A stretch of 64,000 nucleotides of DNA from an uncultured Candidatus Micrarchaeota archaeon (GCA_963714085.1 OY970229.1:224001-288000); one strand, 5' to 3'; numbered from the stretch's first letter, positions 39,450 through 49,269 are shown. The notes: generated from the sequence alone by a model not told the origin. A program made the numbers and translations.

Positions 39450-40724
39450 GTGGACTACCCACGCCTAAAGGCGTGGGCTTCCTGTTTCATTGAAGATACT
39501 TGCCAGTTATGCTTATAACCAGTAGAGGTCTCTTCTCCGCAGGCCTTACTTCCCGGCGTCCCGCCGGTAGCTCGTTGGAGTATGTTCATCGCCGCATTGA
39601 GGTCCCTGTGCATGGATGCCCCGCATGGACAATCGTGCCACCTCTCCGCAAGCGTTTTTTTCCGTATCAGACCGCAGTTGCTGCACCTCTGGGATGTGTA
39701 AGCAGGATCCACCAGCACGACTTCGCAACCAGCTTCCGCCGCTTTGTAGCTGATCATGCTTGTGAACTCCGCCCAGCTGCAGTCCGATACCTCTTTTGCC
39801 AGGAAACCACGCGCTAATCCCTCGTTGTTGAGCGCTTCCATGGCTATGAATGAATGATTCTCCACAAGGGCGCGGCTTGCCTTGTGCAGGAAATCCCGCC
39901 TCTTGTCCGTTAATCTCTCGTATACTATCGCAACTGCTTTTCTGGCTTTGGCCCTGTTCGAGCTGCCCTTCTTCTTGTTCGACATCCTCCTTTGGGCGAG
40001 CTTCAGCCGTTCTTCTGCCAATCTGAGATTGCGCGGATTCTCTATTCGTGAGCCGTCGCTCAGATAGGCGAATGTCTCTATGCCAAGGTCAATCCCGACC
40101 TTAGGCATCTTGTTCCTCTCGGTTGTCTTTCTCTCGCATTCGGTCGTGAAAATCGCATGCCATTTTCCTGAAGCTGATTTCTTTATGGTCAGGGTCTTGA
40201 TCTCACCATTCATCTTCCTGTGTTTCCTGATTGCCACGCTCCCGATTCCTGACAACTCCAGCTTGTCTTTGAGGTTGAAGCCGAACTGGGGATAGGTGAA
40301 TGATTTCATCCGTTCAAATGATTTGAACCGTGGGAATCCTGCCTTCCTGCCGCCTTTTTTCCTGGCAACCACTCCTTTCAGGGATTTCACAAGCCTGTCT
40401 GCGACGTTCTGGGCTACCTGGGAGTAAAGCCCCGTATCCTTTGCCAGAATATAGAGCTGCTTTCGGGTTGGGAATTTCTTTGTTTCTTCGTAATGTTCCT
40501 TCGTGTGCTCCAGCAGGGAATTCCAGAGTGTTTTGCATTCATAAAAGTGGTGATTCAGAATCTTTTCCTGGCTTCTTGAAGGGTAAATCCTGTACTTCCA
40601 GGCCCGAGTCACTCTCATAAGAATTTGCCGGAAAGGCCGTTTATAAGCGTTTCCCGGGTGCATTTCCGCGGTGCTCACGACGGAGCTGACACATTCGGCC
40701 CTTTCATCCAACGGCTAAAGCCGT
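39450..40724 (-). mobile_element. Non-autonomous IS1341-type element (tnpB only)
   Basis: Right-end hairpin CCCACGCC-TAAA-GGCGTGGG at 39458-39477, minus-strand terminus TAGTCCAC; left-end hairpin ACGGC-TAAA-GCCGT at 40711-40724; no tnpA. Confidence 0.8.
39455..40618 (-). CDS. tnpB: IS200/IS605-family TnpB RNA-guided nuclease
   Basis: KYRIYP, GFPRFKS, RuvC GIDLG / AMEAL / RDLNAA, zinc finger CSNC..CPC. Confidence 0.96.
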   Translation of the reverse strand: MRVTRAWKYRIYPSRSQEKILNHHFYECKTLWNSLLEHTKEHYEETKKFPTRKQLYILAKDTGLYSQVAQNVADRLVKSLKGVVARKKGGRKAGFPRFKSFERMKSFTYPQFGFNLKDKLELSGIGSVAIRKHRKMNGEIKTLTIKKSASGKWHAIFTTECERKTTERNKMPKVGIDLGIETFAYLSDGSRIENPRNLRLAEERLKLAQRRMSNKKKGSSNRAKARKAVAIVYERLTDKRRDFLHKASRALVENHSFIAMEALNNEGLARGFLAKEVSDCSWAEFTSMISYKAAEAGCEVVLVDPAYTSQRCSNCGLIRKKTLAERWHDCPCGASMHRDLNAAMNILQRATGGTPGSKACGEETSTGYKHNWQVSSMKQEAHAFRRG

Positions 40725-40795
40725 ACCTTAGGTTTGACTTAGGATGGATTTTCCGGGCCTAAGCAATTAAAACATATTCACTCTGAGATATAGCC

Positions 40796-41542
40796 ATGCT
40801 CGAAGTGGACAAGGTCACGGTCAGCGCCGGAGACAGGAAAGTCATAGATTCGGTCAGCCTCAGCGTGAAGCCCGGGGAGGTGCACGCGCTCATGGGCCCG
40901 AACGGCGCTGGCAAGTCCACGCTCGCCCTCGCGCTCATGGGATACCCCGGATTGACAGTCAAGGGGAGCGTGAAGCTCGAGGGCAAGGACATCACGAAGC
41001 TCGCCACGGACGAGCGGGCGAGGAAGGGCATGTTCCTCGGTTTCCAGTACCCCCAGGAGATAGAGGGAGTGAAGGTGAGCGGCCTCATCCGGAAGGCCAA
41101 AAGCGCGGACGGGGAGAAGCAGACCATGGACGCTATGATGGCAGGCATGAAGGCGCTTGAGAAAAGCATGGAGAGGGCCGGGCTCGGCAAGGAGTTCATG
41201 CAGAGGGAGCTCAACGTCGGATTCTCCGGCGGGGAGAAGAAGCGCCTCGAGATAGTGCAGATGATGGAGCTGAAGCCGAAGATAGCCATCCTCGACGAGA
41301 TAGACTCCGGGCTGGACGTGGACGGCGTGAGGCTGGTCGCCGGCGCCATAGAAGGCATGCGGGACGGCAAGCGCGCGTTCCTTATAATAACGCATTACCC
41401 CAGGCTGTTCAAGTACCTCAAGCCGGACTACGTGCACGTGATGGTGAAGGGGAGACTGGTGAAGACCGGCGGGCCGGAGCTGCTCAAGCTCCTGGATGAA
41501 AAAGGCTATTCGGCTTTCTCTAAAGGTGCCAAGGATGTATGA
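40796..41542 (+). CDS. sufC: Fe-S cluster assembly ATPase SufC
   Basis: GPNGAGKST, FQYPQEI, GFSGGEKKR, LDEIDSGLDVD. Confidence 0.97.
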   Translation: MLEVDKVTVSAGDRKVIDSVSLSVKPGEVHALMGPNGAGKSTLALALMGYPGLTVKGSVKLEGKDITKLATDERARKGMFLGFQYPQEIEGVKVSGLIRKAKSADGEKQTMDAMMAGMKALEKSMERAGLGKEFMQRELNVGFSGGEKKRLEIVQMMELKPKIAILDEIDSGLDVDGVRLVAGAIEGMRDGKRAFLIITHYPRLFKYLKPDYVHVMVKGRLVKTGGPELLKLLDEKGYSAFSKGAKDV

Positions 41543-42758
41543 TGTCGACAGGATAAGGCAGGATTTCCCCATACTCAGGGAGAAGATAGGCGGGAAGGCC
41601 CTGGTCTACCTGGACTCGGCCGCGACGTCGCAGAAGCCGAAGCAGGTCATAGACACGGTGAGCGAGTTCTATTTGAAATCCAACGCGAACGTCGCCCGGG
41701 GATTGCACCGCCTCGGCGAGGAGGCGACGAGGAGATACGAGGAGGTGCGCTTCAAGTCCAAGGACTTCATCAACGCGAGGAGCGAGAAGGAGATACTCTT
41801 CGTGAAGAACACCACGGAAGCCGCGAACATGATCATGTACGGCTGGGGCATGAAGAACGTGAAACAGGGCGACAGGATAGTCACCACCATACTGGAGCAC
41901 CACAGCAACTTCGTGCCGTGGCAGCAATTAGCCAAGATGAAGAAGGCCAAGCTCGAGGTCATAGACATCGACGCGGAAGGATACCTGAAGGAGGACGAGC
42001 TGGACAAGATAAATGGAGCGAAGCTCGTGGCGCTCAGCGCGGCGTCCAATGTTTTAGGCACCCTGCCGGATGTGAAAAGGATATGCAGACTGGCGCGGGA
42101 CGCTGGCACGGTGAGCTTCGTGGACGGAGCCCAGTCCGTACCGTCCATGAAGACGGACGTGCGCGACATGGGATGCGACTTCCTCGCGTTCTCCGGCCAC
42201 AAGATGCTCGCGCCCTTCGGCACCGGGGTGCTCTATGGCAGGGAGGAGGTCCTCCAGGCGATGGACCCGTTCCTCTACGGAAGCGAGATGATACACAAGG
42301 TCACGGTGGAGGATTCCACCTGGAACGAGCTGCCCTACAAGTTCGAGGCCGGGACCCCGATAGTCGCGGAGACCATGGGGCTAGGCACGGCGATGGATTA
42401 CATGAAGAAGCTCGGCATGGACAGCATCAAGAGGCACAAGGAGGACGTCACCTCATATGCGCTCAAGCGCCTGGGAGAGACGAAGGGAGTGAACATACTC
42501 GGGCCCAAGGACGCCACCAAGCGCGCGGGCCTGGTCGCATTCGAATTGGAGAAGGTCCATCCGCACGACGTCGCGGCCATACTGGACGACTCCGGGATCG
42601 CGATACGCTCCGGCCACCACTGCGCCATGCCGCTGCATCTGCGCCTGAACATACCGGCGAGCAGCAGGGCCAGCTTCCACGTCTACACCAAGAAGGAGGA
42701 GATAGACGCGCTCATAACCGGGCTCGAGAAGGTCAAGATGATCTTCGGTGCGCAGTGA
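41535..42758 (+). CDS. sufS: Cysteine desulfurase SufS
   Basis: YLDSAATSQKP, FSGHKM, RSGHHCAMP. Confidence 0.97.
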   Translation: MYDVDRIRQDFPILREKIGGKALVYLDSAATSQKPKQVIDTVSEFYLKSNANVARGLHRLGEEATRRYEEVRFKSKDFINARSEKEILFVKNTTEAANMIMYGWGMKNVKQGDRIVTTILEHHSNFVPWQQLAKMKKAKLEVIDIDAEGYLKEDELDKINGAKLVALSAASNVLGTLPDVKRICRLARDAGTVSFVDGAQSVPSMKTDVRDMGCDFLAFSGHKMLAPFGTGVLYGREEVLQAMDPFLYGSEMIHKVTVEDSTWNELPYKFEAGTPIVAETMGLGTAMDYMKKLGMDSIKRHKEDVTSYALKRLGETKGVNILGPKDATKRAGLVAFELEKVHPHDVAAILDDSGIAIRSGHHCAMPLHLRLNIPASSRASFHVYTKKEEIDALITGLEKVKMIFGAQ

Positions 42759-43141
42759 TGCCAGACCAGGAGCTTTACCAGGAGTTCATCATCGAATTGT
42801 TCAAGAACCCGCTCAACTACGGAACAATAGCGGACGCGGATTACAAGGCCGAGATGTACAACACCGCATGCGGCGACCGGGTCGTGATATACCTCAAAGT
42901 GAAGGACGGGAAGATAATAGACGCCAAGCACGACGGGAACGGATGCGCGATATCCCAGGCGAGCGCCTCGCTCTTCACCGAGCACATCCGCGGCATGGGC
43001 CTGGAGCAGGTAAAAAAGCTCGGCAAGGACGACGTGCTCGGGCTGCTCAAACTCGACCTGAGCAGGAACCCGACGCGCATACGCTGCGCGCTCCTTCCGC
43101 TGGACGCGCTCAAGAGGGCGCTCAAGGCCCCGGAAAAATGA
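42758..43141 (+). CDS. sufU: SufU/IscU-type scaffold protein
   Basis: NTACGD, GCAISQASAS, RIRCALL; TGATG coupling to sufS. Confidence 0.93.
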   Translation: MPDQELYQEFIIELFKNPLNYGTIADADYKAEMYNTACGDRVVIYLKVKDGKIIDAKHDGNGCAISQASASLFTEHIRGMGLEQVKKLGKDDVLGLLKLDLSRNPTRIRCALLPLDALKRALKAPEK

Positions 43142-43163
43142 ATCCTGCGGGAATCGTGAGCAA

Positions 43164-43997
43164 ATGACCGACATCCTGCCCGCCATCGGCTCGTTCCTCT
43201 CCTTCGGGATCAACGGCACGGCCAACAAGAATTCCATGAACAAGGTGGGGCGGCACAAGGCGATAGTGTACGGCTATGCCATAATATCCATAATCCTCCT
43301 CGCCGGCGCTTTCGTCTTCCGGCTGGACCTGTCCATCCCGCGGCAGCTGCTCCCCCTGTATCTGCTGGAGATAGTCATCGGCGCCGGGGCGGTCATCGCG
43401 TACTACAAGGCCATGGACCTGGGGCGCGCGGCCAGCACCCTCGCGCTCTCCCAGTCCTACGTGCTCCTGGTCCTGCTCGCAGGCGTGCTGCTGCTCGGCG
43501 AGAAACTGAGCCTGTTGCAGATAGCGGGCTCGCTCATCATACTGTCCTCGGCCATCGCCATCAGCGTCTCAAAAGCAGGGAGGCTGGAGGGCGGGACGAT
43601 CATCCTGCCCATCACAATCGTCGGCTGGGCCGCGTATTACTCCATCATAAAGATTTTCGTGGACGCCATGGGGCCGTACAGCGCCACGGTCGTGCTCGAA
43701 TCCGGGATATTCGTCATGGTAGCGCTGTTCTACTTCGCCAGGGGCAAGGACCTCTCGTTCCCGGACAGGAAGGGATGGCCGAGCATCGGGGTGCAGCAGG
43801 TCACCGCGTGCATCGGCGCGGTCCTCTATTCCCTTTCCGTCCTCGAGATAGGGGCAGGGCTCACGGCGGCCATCGGGTCCGGCAGCCTGATAATCAATTC
43901 CGTGGCGTCCTACTTCTGGCTCGGCGAGAAGCTCGAGACCCACACCTATATCGCGATCGTCGCCATGGTGGTGGGATTGGTGCTGATAGCGCTGTGA
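43164..43997 (+). CDS. EamA/DMT-family transporter
   Basis: About 10 TM segments, two LGEKL repeats. Confidence 0.85.
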   Translation: MTDILPAIGSFLSFGINGTANKNSMNKVGRHKAIVYGYAIISIILLAGAFVFRLDLSIPRQLLPLYLLEIVIGAGAVIAYYKAMDLGRAASTLALSQSYVLLVLLAGVLLLGEKLSLLQIAGSLIILSSAIAISVSKAGRLEGGTIILPITIVGWAAYYSIIKIFVDAMGPYSATVVLESGIFVMVALFYFARGKDLSFPDRKGWPSIGVQQVTACIGAVLYSLSVLEIGAGLTAAIGSGSLIINSVASYFWLGEKLETHTYIAIVAMVVGLVLIAL

Positions 43998-44166
43998 ACG
44001 CGTTCCAGGTGCGGTAAGGAGACGATTATACGTGCTCATATTCTTTTAGCGCTTTAAGAACCTCATTTGCGACAAGCCCGAAAGAAGGCACTTTCATTAG
44101 GAATCGCCCCGGCTCAATTTCAATGCCGTGAAATCCAGGTCTTCAGAACGTCCAGCCTGACCAGGT

Positions 44167-44190
44167 AAAGTTAACAAAATAGTTAACTTT
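44167..44190. promoter_or_regulatory. Palindromic operator-like site next to a TATA-like element
   Basis: AAAGTTAAC-N6-GTTAACTTT followed by TAATA, ~35 bp before the MNT gene. Confidence 0.6.
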
Positions 44191-44225
44191 TAATAATCTT
44201 CTATTACATATATTCTACGATACGC

Positions 44226-45137
44226 ATGATGATGTTAGAAGAAAAATACATTAAGACATACATGAAATTCAAAAAGGGCAGGTTTAATGCCATCGACTTC
44301 GCACGATTGCACGGAATTTCTTCGCAGAGCTCAAAGGTGTTGATCCACAGACTGTCAAAAAACAACCAATTTTTTAGAGCGGCTAGAGGCGAGTATGTGG
44401 CTCTTAGCCCGGAGAGTTTTCTGAAACTCGAAGAGGTGGGAAGAAAAAACAAAAAAATGCTGCAGATCGTATTGGAATTGCTAAGGATATTCCCGGAGCT
44501 GAGGACGATAGTGCTTTATGGCTCCAGAATACGGGGCCAAGCTGACAAGCTTAGCGATTACGACGTATTGCTGATCCTCAAAGAAAAAACAGTGGAAACT
44601 ACCGAGTTGAGAGAACGGATTGAAAAAAAGCTGAGAATAAAGTTGCATCTCACAGTCTACTCGGAAAGAGGGTACAGGAATGCGGTGCTCTCAGAGCCGT
44701 ATATTCGTTTTTGGCTTTCAGAAGCCACGTATCTGGATGAAGGCAAAGTTCTTCAGTCCCCCCTTCCGCCGATACCCAAGATGGCATACCAGGAATGGCT
44801 ATCCACGGCGAAGACGTATATGGAAAATGCGAAGATCGCTGATCAAACTGGAAAGAGATGCAAGTATTATTTTACTGCCTTGGAAGTCCTAGAATTCATC
44901 AGGGCTGCTTTGCAATTGAGCTATGATTTCGGGGTTGTGAAGCAAAGACTCATCGATATTCTTGGATTGAAAATGGTAAAGAAAATACGGGTGATGGGTA
45001 AGTTGAGCACAAAGGATACAAAAGTTCTTGAGCATGCGTGCAGTATCGGATTTCGGACTGTAGCAGCGCTTCTTGATAAAATGGGGGACAATGAAACGGA
45101 TGTTTATTGGAAAGCCCAGCTTTCGGTGATTTCATAA
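44226..45137 (+). CDS. wHTH plus minimal nucleotidyltransferase (MNT) with a helical C-terminal domain
   Basis: LYGSRIRG..SDYDVLLI; N-terminal LIHRL..RAARGEY winged helix. Confidence 0.85.
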   Translation: MMMLEEKYIKTYMKFKKGRFNAIDFARLHGISSQSSKVLIHRLSKNNQFFRAARGEYVALSPESFLKLEEVGRKNKKMLQIVLELLRIFPELRTIVLYGSRIRGQADKLSDYDVLLILKEKTVETTELRERIEKKLRIKLHLTVYSERGYRNAVLSEPYIRFWLSEATYLDEGKVLQSPLPPIPKMAYQEWLSTAKTYMENAKIADQTGKRCKYYFTALEVLEFIRAALQLSYDFGVVKQRLIDILGLKMVKKIRVMGKLSTKDTKVLEHACSIGFRTVAALLDKMGDNETDVYWKAQLSVIS

Positions 45138-45484
45138 GCAGGAAACAAGAGATACGGGAGATGGCGAACCTTGTGGGGAATGCGGCGGCTCACGTAGCGC
45201 TCCTACCAGATGAAAAGTTCGCACAGAAAGAGGCGACCACATACTCTGATGATGCTGCAGATACGGCAAGGGAAAGGACATGGACGAAAAGCGAGATAAA
45301 CGATTTCACCATCCTCGCTAAGAAAAGGGCTGAAACGGAGATTAAAACTAGGATGAAGAGGTATGGGTTTTCTGAAAGCCAGATGCCTAATTTCGTTGCA
45401 AAAGCTGAAGTGTACATATCTTCATTTATCGATAAGGATATGAGAAAAATGAGAGGGAAAGATGACAAATTCCCATTTGTCTAG
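45134..45484 (+). CDS. Small helical protein coupled to the MNT gene (probable ATA start; alternative ATG at 45161)
   Basis: GGTGA RBS then ATA overlapping the upstream TAA. Confidence 0.65.
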   Translation: MSRKQEIREMANLVGNAAAHVALLPDEKFAQKEATTYSDDAADTARERTWTKSEINDFTILAKKRAETEIKTRMKRYGFSESQMPNFVAKAEVYISSFIDKDMRKMRGKDDKFPFV

Positions 45485-45610
45485 CCAGTAGATAGCCAGC
45501 TATCCGATAATCGCGCGGAACCGCAAGGATGTATCGGATAGAGCAGATTTTGGCTTATCCGATACCGTGAAAAATCAGCTACGTCGCTGGCCAGTCTCTG
45601 AGCCGAGATA

Positions 45611-46321
45611 TCAGTTCCTTCTTATATCGGATACGATGCACGCCTTTGCGCCGTATTCATATTGTAGCGCAGCCACCAAGTCCCTGTAATTCATCCTGCC
45701 CGAGAGGTGGTGCGCTGCTTGGTCTACGCCGCCGATGGAGAAATCCGCTTCCGGGTCCCCGAACCCTCCATTCTTCATTTTCCGCTCTAGCATACTGGCT
45801 GGGGATTCGATGACCACCATCGCCAGCCCCGCAAGGAACTCCGGAGACACGAACGGGCTGCAGGTCCCGAATTCCATGCCCGGAGGAAGCTCTTCCTTCG
45901 TGCACATCTCGAGCATCGGGGAATCGGGCACCAGGCCGCTGAGGTCGAGCCTCCCCTTTCCCGAGGCCACGACCAGGTACCGCTTATCCGGGGAGAACGC
46001 GTCTTTCACATAAAGCGCCTTCACGGTCGTTTCCACCGGGATGCCGGCCGCCCTGGCCTTCTCCTTGCAGGTGCTGGTGGTCTCGCTCGTGAACACGATG
46101 CTTGCCGTGCCCTCCCTGACGAACCTCGCAAGGACAGGTGACGTCACAAGCCTCTTTCCCATCTGGAGATCGTGCCAGTCGGTCGAGTCCCGGGCTATGG
46201 TCCTGACGCTGGAAATGCCTTCAGTGGGGAGTTTGAATCCGGCGCCCCCGAACCTGGGCCAGTCCGAGAACCGGGACAGGTTGGCACGGGTGCTTCTGAG
46301 TGTGTATCCGTTCACAATCAT
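45611..46321 (-). CDS. YbaK/ProX-like aminoacyl-tRNA editing domain protein
   Basis: TVKALYV and FGTCSPF motifs. Confidence 0.65.
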   Translation of the reverse strand: MIVNGYTLRSTRANLSRFSDWPRFGGAGFKLPTEGISSVRTIARDSTDWHDLQMGKRLVTSPVLARFVREGTASIVFTSETTSTCKEKARAAGIPVETTVKALYVKDAFSPDKRYLVVASGKGRLDLSGLVPDSPMLEMCTKEELPPGMEFGTCSPFVSPEFLAGLAMVVIESPASMLERKMKNGGFGDPEADFSIGGVDQAAHHLSGRMNYRDLVAALQYEYGAKACIVSDIRRN

Positions 46322-46465
46322 GATTATACTTTAACTTACATCATATTTAACCTTTTCGGAAAGCGTGGCTTTGCGCCTTCACTCAAAGCCGCCTCCGCGA
46401 TGGAGTTCTGGTGCAAAACTGCTCCACTGCCAACCTTAATAAAAGAACGAATCGGAACACCCTTT

Positions 46466-47383
46466 ATGTCAGATGAAAGGACGGCTTATATCTACCTGGC
46501 CCTGACGATCCTATTATGGTCCGCGACCCCGGCGGTGGCGAAGCTCGGCCTGGTCGAGATAAACAACATGCAGATGCTTTTCTACAACAGCATAGTGGCC
46601 ATAATCTCGCTTTCCGCCCTTGTCCTCGTCCAAAAGAAGCAGCACCTGTTTTCCGAATATTCTAAAGCCGATTACCTTAGGATGTTCGGGATGGGGTTCC
46701 TCGGCCTCTACATGTACTATATCCTGCTCTACGGGAGCTTCAGCATAGCTCCGGCAGGAGAAGCCAACATGATAAACTACCTGTGGCCGGTTTTCGTGGT
46801 ATTATTCTCCATCTTGATCCTCAAGGAGAAGGCCACGCTGAAGACGCTCATCGCCATCCTCCTCAGTTTCGCCGGGGCTATCATCATCTTCACCAAGGGC
46901 GACCTCTCGGGCTTCCAAAACGGGTATACGCCCGGATATCTCCTGGCGCTGGGCGCTGCGGTCTGCTACGGACTCTTCTCGGTGCTCGGCAAGAAGCTCA
47001 ATTACGAGAAGTTCACCAGCATGCTCGTCTTCTACGTCTCCGCCTTCATCCTCATCACCCTGACTATGTTAACATTCTCGAAATTCGTGATCCCGAAATC
47101 GCCGACTACCTGGCTCGTTATAATATTTCTAGGAGGGTTCGCGAATTCGCTCGGTTCGGTGTTCTGGTTCAAGGCGCTGGAGAAGGGCAGGACGCACAGC
47201 CTGGCGAACCTGATTTATGCCACTCCGTTCGTCGCGCTGGTGTTCGTATTCCTCCTGGACAAGGAGGTCATCCCGGTGATTTCCATAATCGGGCTGGTTC
47301 TCATAGTGGCCGGGATATTTGTGCAGCTTGTCGGAAGCAAGACCAATGACGGGCGCCCATCGCGCTCTGATTCTGTTATCTAA
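46466..47383 (+). CDS. EamA/DMT-family transporter
   Basis: LLWS..K, INYLWP..LKEK; about 10 TM segments. Confidence 0.9.
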   Translation: MSDERTAYIYLALTILLWSATPAVAKLGLVEINNMQMLFYNSIVAIISLSALVLVQKKQHLFSEYSKADYLRMFGMGFLGLYMYYILLYGSFSIAPAGEANMINYLWPVFVVLFSILILKEKATLKTLIAILLSFAGAIIIFTKGDLSGFQNGYTPGYLLALGAAVCYGLFSVLGKKLNYEKFTSMLVFYVSAFILITLTMLTFSKFVIPKSPTTWLVIIFLGGFANSLGSVFWFKALEKGRTHSLANLIYATPFVALVFVFLLDKEVIPVISIIGLVLIVAGIFVQLVGSKTNDGRPSRSDSVI

Positions 47384-47431
47384 AATAGGATAACGTGTGC
47401 ATTTAAAAACCGTTTCCATCACAATAGCATC

Positions 47432-48223
47432 ATGCATGCCCGACAATTATCCAAGCCTGGCCTTGATGTCGCAAAGGCGGTGATCAGGACCGGAGGCTTC
47501 CAGGTCTTTTACCATGCCTGCGGCAGGCCGGACCTTAGCGAAGATGGCGATCCTGACAACCACATCCGGGCTCATCATCGCGTGCGGGAGCATATTGGCG
47601 CCCACAACAATATCGAGCAAGGGTGCCGCTTGGCATTCGCTGGCGGCAACATAGGCATTCCGGGATTCCCCCGCGATGTAGCAGGTTTTGGCATCCTGCT
47701 CGAACACCATTGGCGTGTGAGTTATTATGAAGAAAAGAAGAAGGGCGGCTGGACCGGCCTGTGGGGCCTGCTCGACAAGGGAAGGATACCCAAACCATAT
47801 ATGAAGAAAGAAGCCGACATACCCTTCAAGATAGGGGAGGTGCTGACGCTCGACCAGGACGGCGAAGCCGCGTTCCTGCGCATGGTGTTGAGGCTGCGGC
47901 ACGCGATCGAGCATAGCTGCGGGGGCGGCAAGGACATGCAGCCGACGTTGACGCTGGTGGGGGGCAAGCCGGTGATAAGCGCGGTGGTCCGCCACCTCAG
48001 GGCAGAGCCCGAGGATTATTACCCGATGGTGCGGGCGATCCTTCCGCCGGACAGGTTTCCAAAAATAAACAGCATAATTCTAAGCGGAATCGAGCCGGGA
48101 GACGGGCTGATGCTGGTCTCCGGCCCGAAAGTCCGGGAGCTTGTAAGGACGAACAGGCAGTATGCCGATATATACCATGACAGGGCCATGTTGGAGGCCG
48201 TATTAGAGGCAAGCAAGATCTGA
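47432..48223 (+). CDS. Hypothetical protein
   Basis: TTTAAAAA ~30 bp before the ATG (leaderless pattern). Confidence 0.6.
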   Translation: MHARQLSKPGLDVAKAVIRTGGFQVFYHACGRPDLSEDGDPDNHIRAHHRVREHIGAHNNIEQGCRLAFAGGNIGIPGFPRDVAGFGILLEHHWRVSYYEEKKKGGWTGLWGLLDKGRIPKPYMKKEADIPFKIGEVLTLDQDGEAAFLRMVLRLRHAIEHSCGGGKDMQPTLTLVGGKPVISAVVRHLRAEPEDYYPMVRAILPPDRFPKINSIILSGIEPGDGLMLVSGPKVRELVRTNRQYADIYHDRAMLEAVLEASKI

Positions 48224-48283
48224 TTTCGATATTTTCGGTGCATCTTGCTTCGTCTATCGTTTGCCATGTAACCGATCTTATCA

Positions 48284-48315
48284 TTCATCCAACGTCTGAA
48301 GACGTTGGATTTCTC
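48284..48315. mobile_element. Solo IS200/IS605-type end palindrome
   Basis: TTCATCCAACGTC-TGAA-GACGTTGGAT; same TTCATCCAACG start as the tnpB left end. Confidence 0.6.
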
Positions 48316-48365
48316 GGGTCTAAGTTATTTAAACTCGAAGCAGCATTATACCATAGGATGAGTTC

Positions 48366-48605
48366 ATGGCATCGGAAGAGGAGGAGAAGGACAAGAAAAA
48401 AGCCGCTCCGCGGAAATTGTTCACTGACTTGGAGCAGCGCAAGCCGGTCGTGGTGAAAATCAAGATGCCGAAGCCCAAGATAGCCAAGGACCTGAACGCG
48501 CCCAAGCCGGCCCCCGTGCCGCAGAAAATATTCCACAGCCTGGACCAGCCCGCGCCGGCAGCGAAGCCCGCCAGACGGAAACGCAAAATCTTCGAGAATC
48601 TGTGA
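48366..48605 (+). CDS. Small basic, Pro-rich hypothetical protein
   Basis: GC3-rich codon usage; TATA-like TTTAAA upstream. Confidence 0.5.
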   Translation: MASEEEEKDKKKAAPRKLFTDLEQRKPVVVKIKMPKPKIAKDLNAPKPAPVPQKIFHSLDQPAPAAKPARRKRKIFENL

Positions 48606-48630
48606 ACGCGGCTCCGCCCATGGTGGGGGC

Positions 48631-49269
48631 TCACTGCACGTAGACCTTGGTCATCCTGTCGCCCTGCCGCAGCTGGTCGACGACGTCCATGCCCTCGGTG
48701 ACGTTGCCGAACACCGCGTACTGGCCGTCCAGGAAGTGCGCCTCGCCTATGACAACGTAGAACTGCGAGGAGGCGCTGTCCGGGTCCTGGGACCTCGCCA
48801 TGCCGAGCGCCCCGATGTTGTGCGTGAGCCCGGGGGCTATCTCGAGCGGGATGGTCTTATTCGAGCCGCCGGTCCCGTCCCCTTTCGGGTCGCCTCCTTG
48901 TATCACGAAACCCGCCACGTAGCGGTGGAACGTCAGCCCGTTGTAGAACCCTGAGTTCACGAGGCCCAGGAAGTTCCCTGCCGTTATCGGCGCCTGCTTC
49001 TGGAATATCTCGGCCTTGAAAGTGCCCTTCGTAGTCTCGAAAACCACTGTCGGATTGGTAACCATGCTCATGCCTCCTGAAATGTTCTGCGCCGCGTTCG
49101 TGGCGTTGCTGCTCGCCTGCTTGCCCACTGTCGGAGTGGTCTGCATGCCTCCTGAAAAGTTCTGCGCCGCGTTGAGCGTAGCGTTGCCAGCCTGCTGCGG
49201 CTGGCTCGTGCAGCCGGAAAGCGCCAGCACTATGAATAAAGCGGCCAGAATCATCAGTTTGTTTCCCAT
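48631..49269 (-). CDS. Cyclophilin-type peptidyl-prolyl isomerase, lipoprotein
   Basis: [37 protein letters not shown] lipobox; duplicated NAAQN(F/I)SGGM linker. Confidence 0.95.
   Translation of the reverse strand: MGNKLMILAALFIVLALSGCTSQPQQAGNATLNAAQNFSGGMQTTPTVGKQASSNATNAAQNISGGMSMVTNPTVVFETTKGTFKAEIFQKQAPITAGNFLGLVNSGFYNGLTFHRYVAGFVIQGGDPKGDGTGGSNKTIPLEIAPGLTHNIGALGMARSQDPDSASSQFYVVIGEAHFLDGQYAVFGNVTEGMDVVDQLRQGDRMTKVYVQ

Noticed and set aside
41918..42757. N-terminal extension of the 407-aa ORF
   Set aside because: It overlaps sufS out of frame; the real sufU starts at ATG 42758
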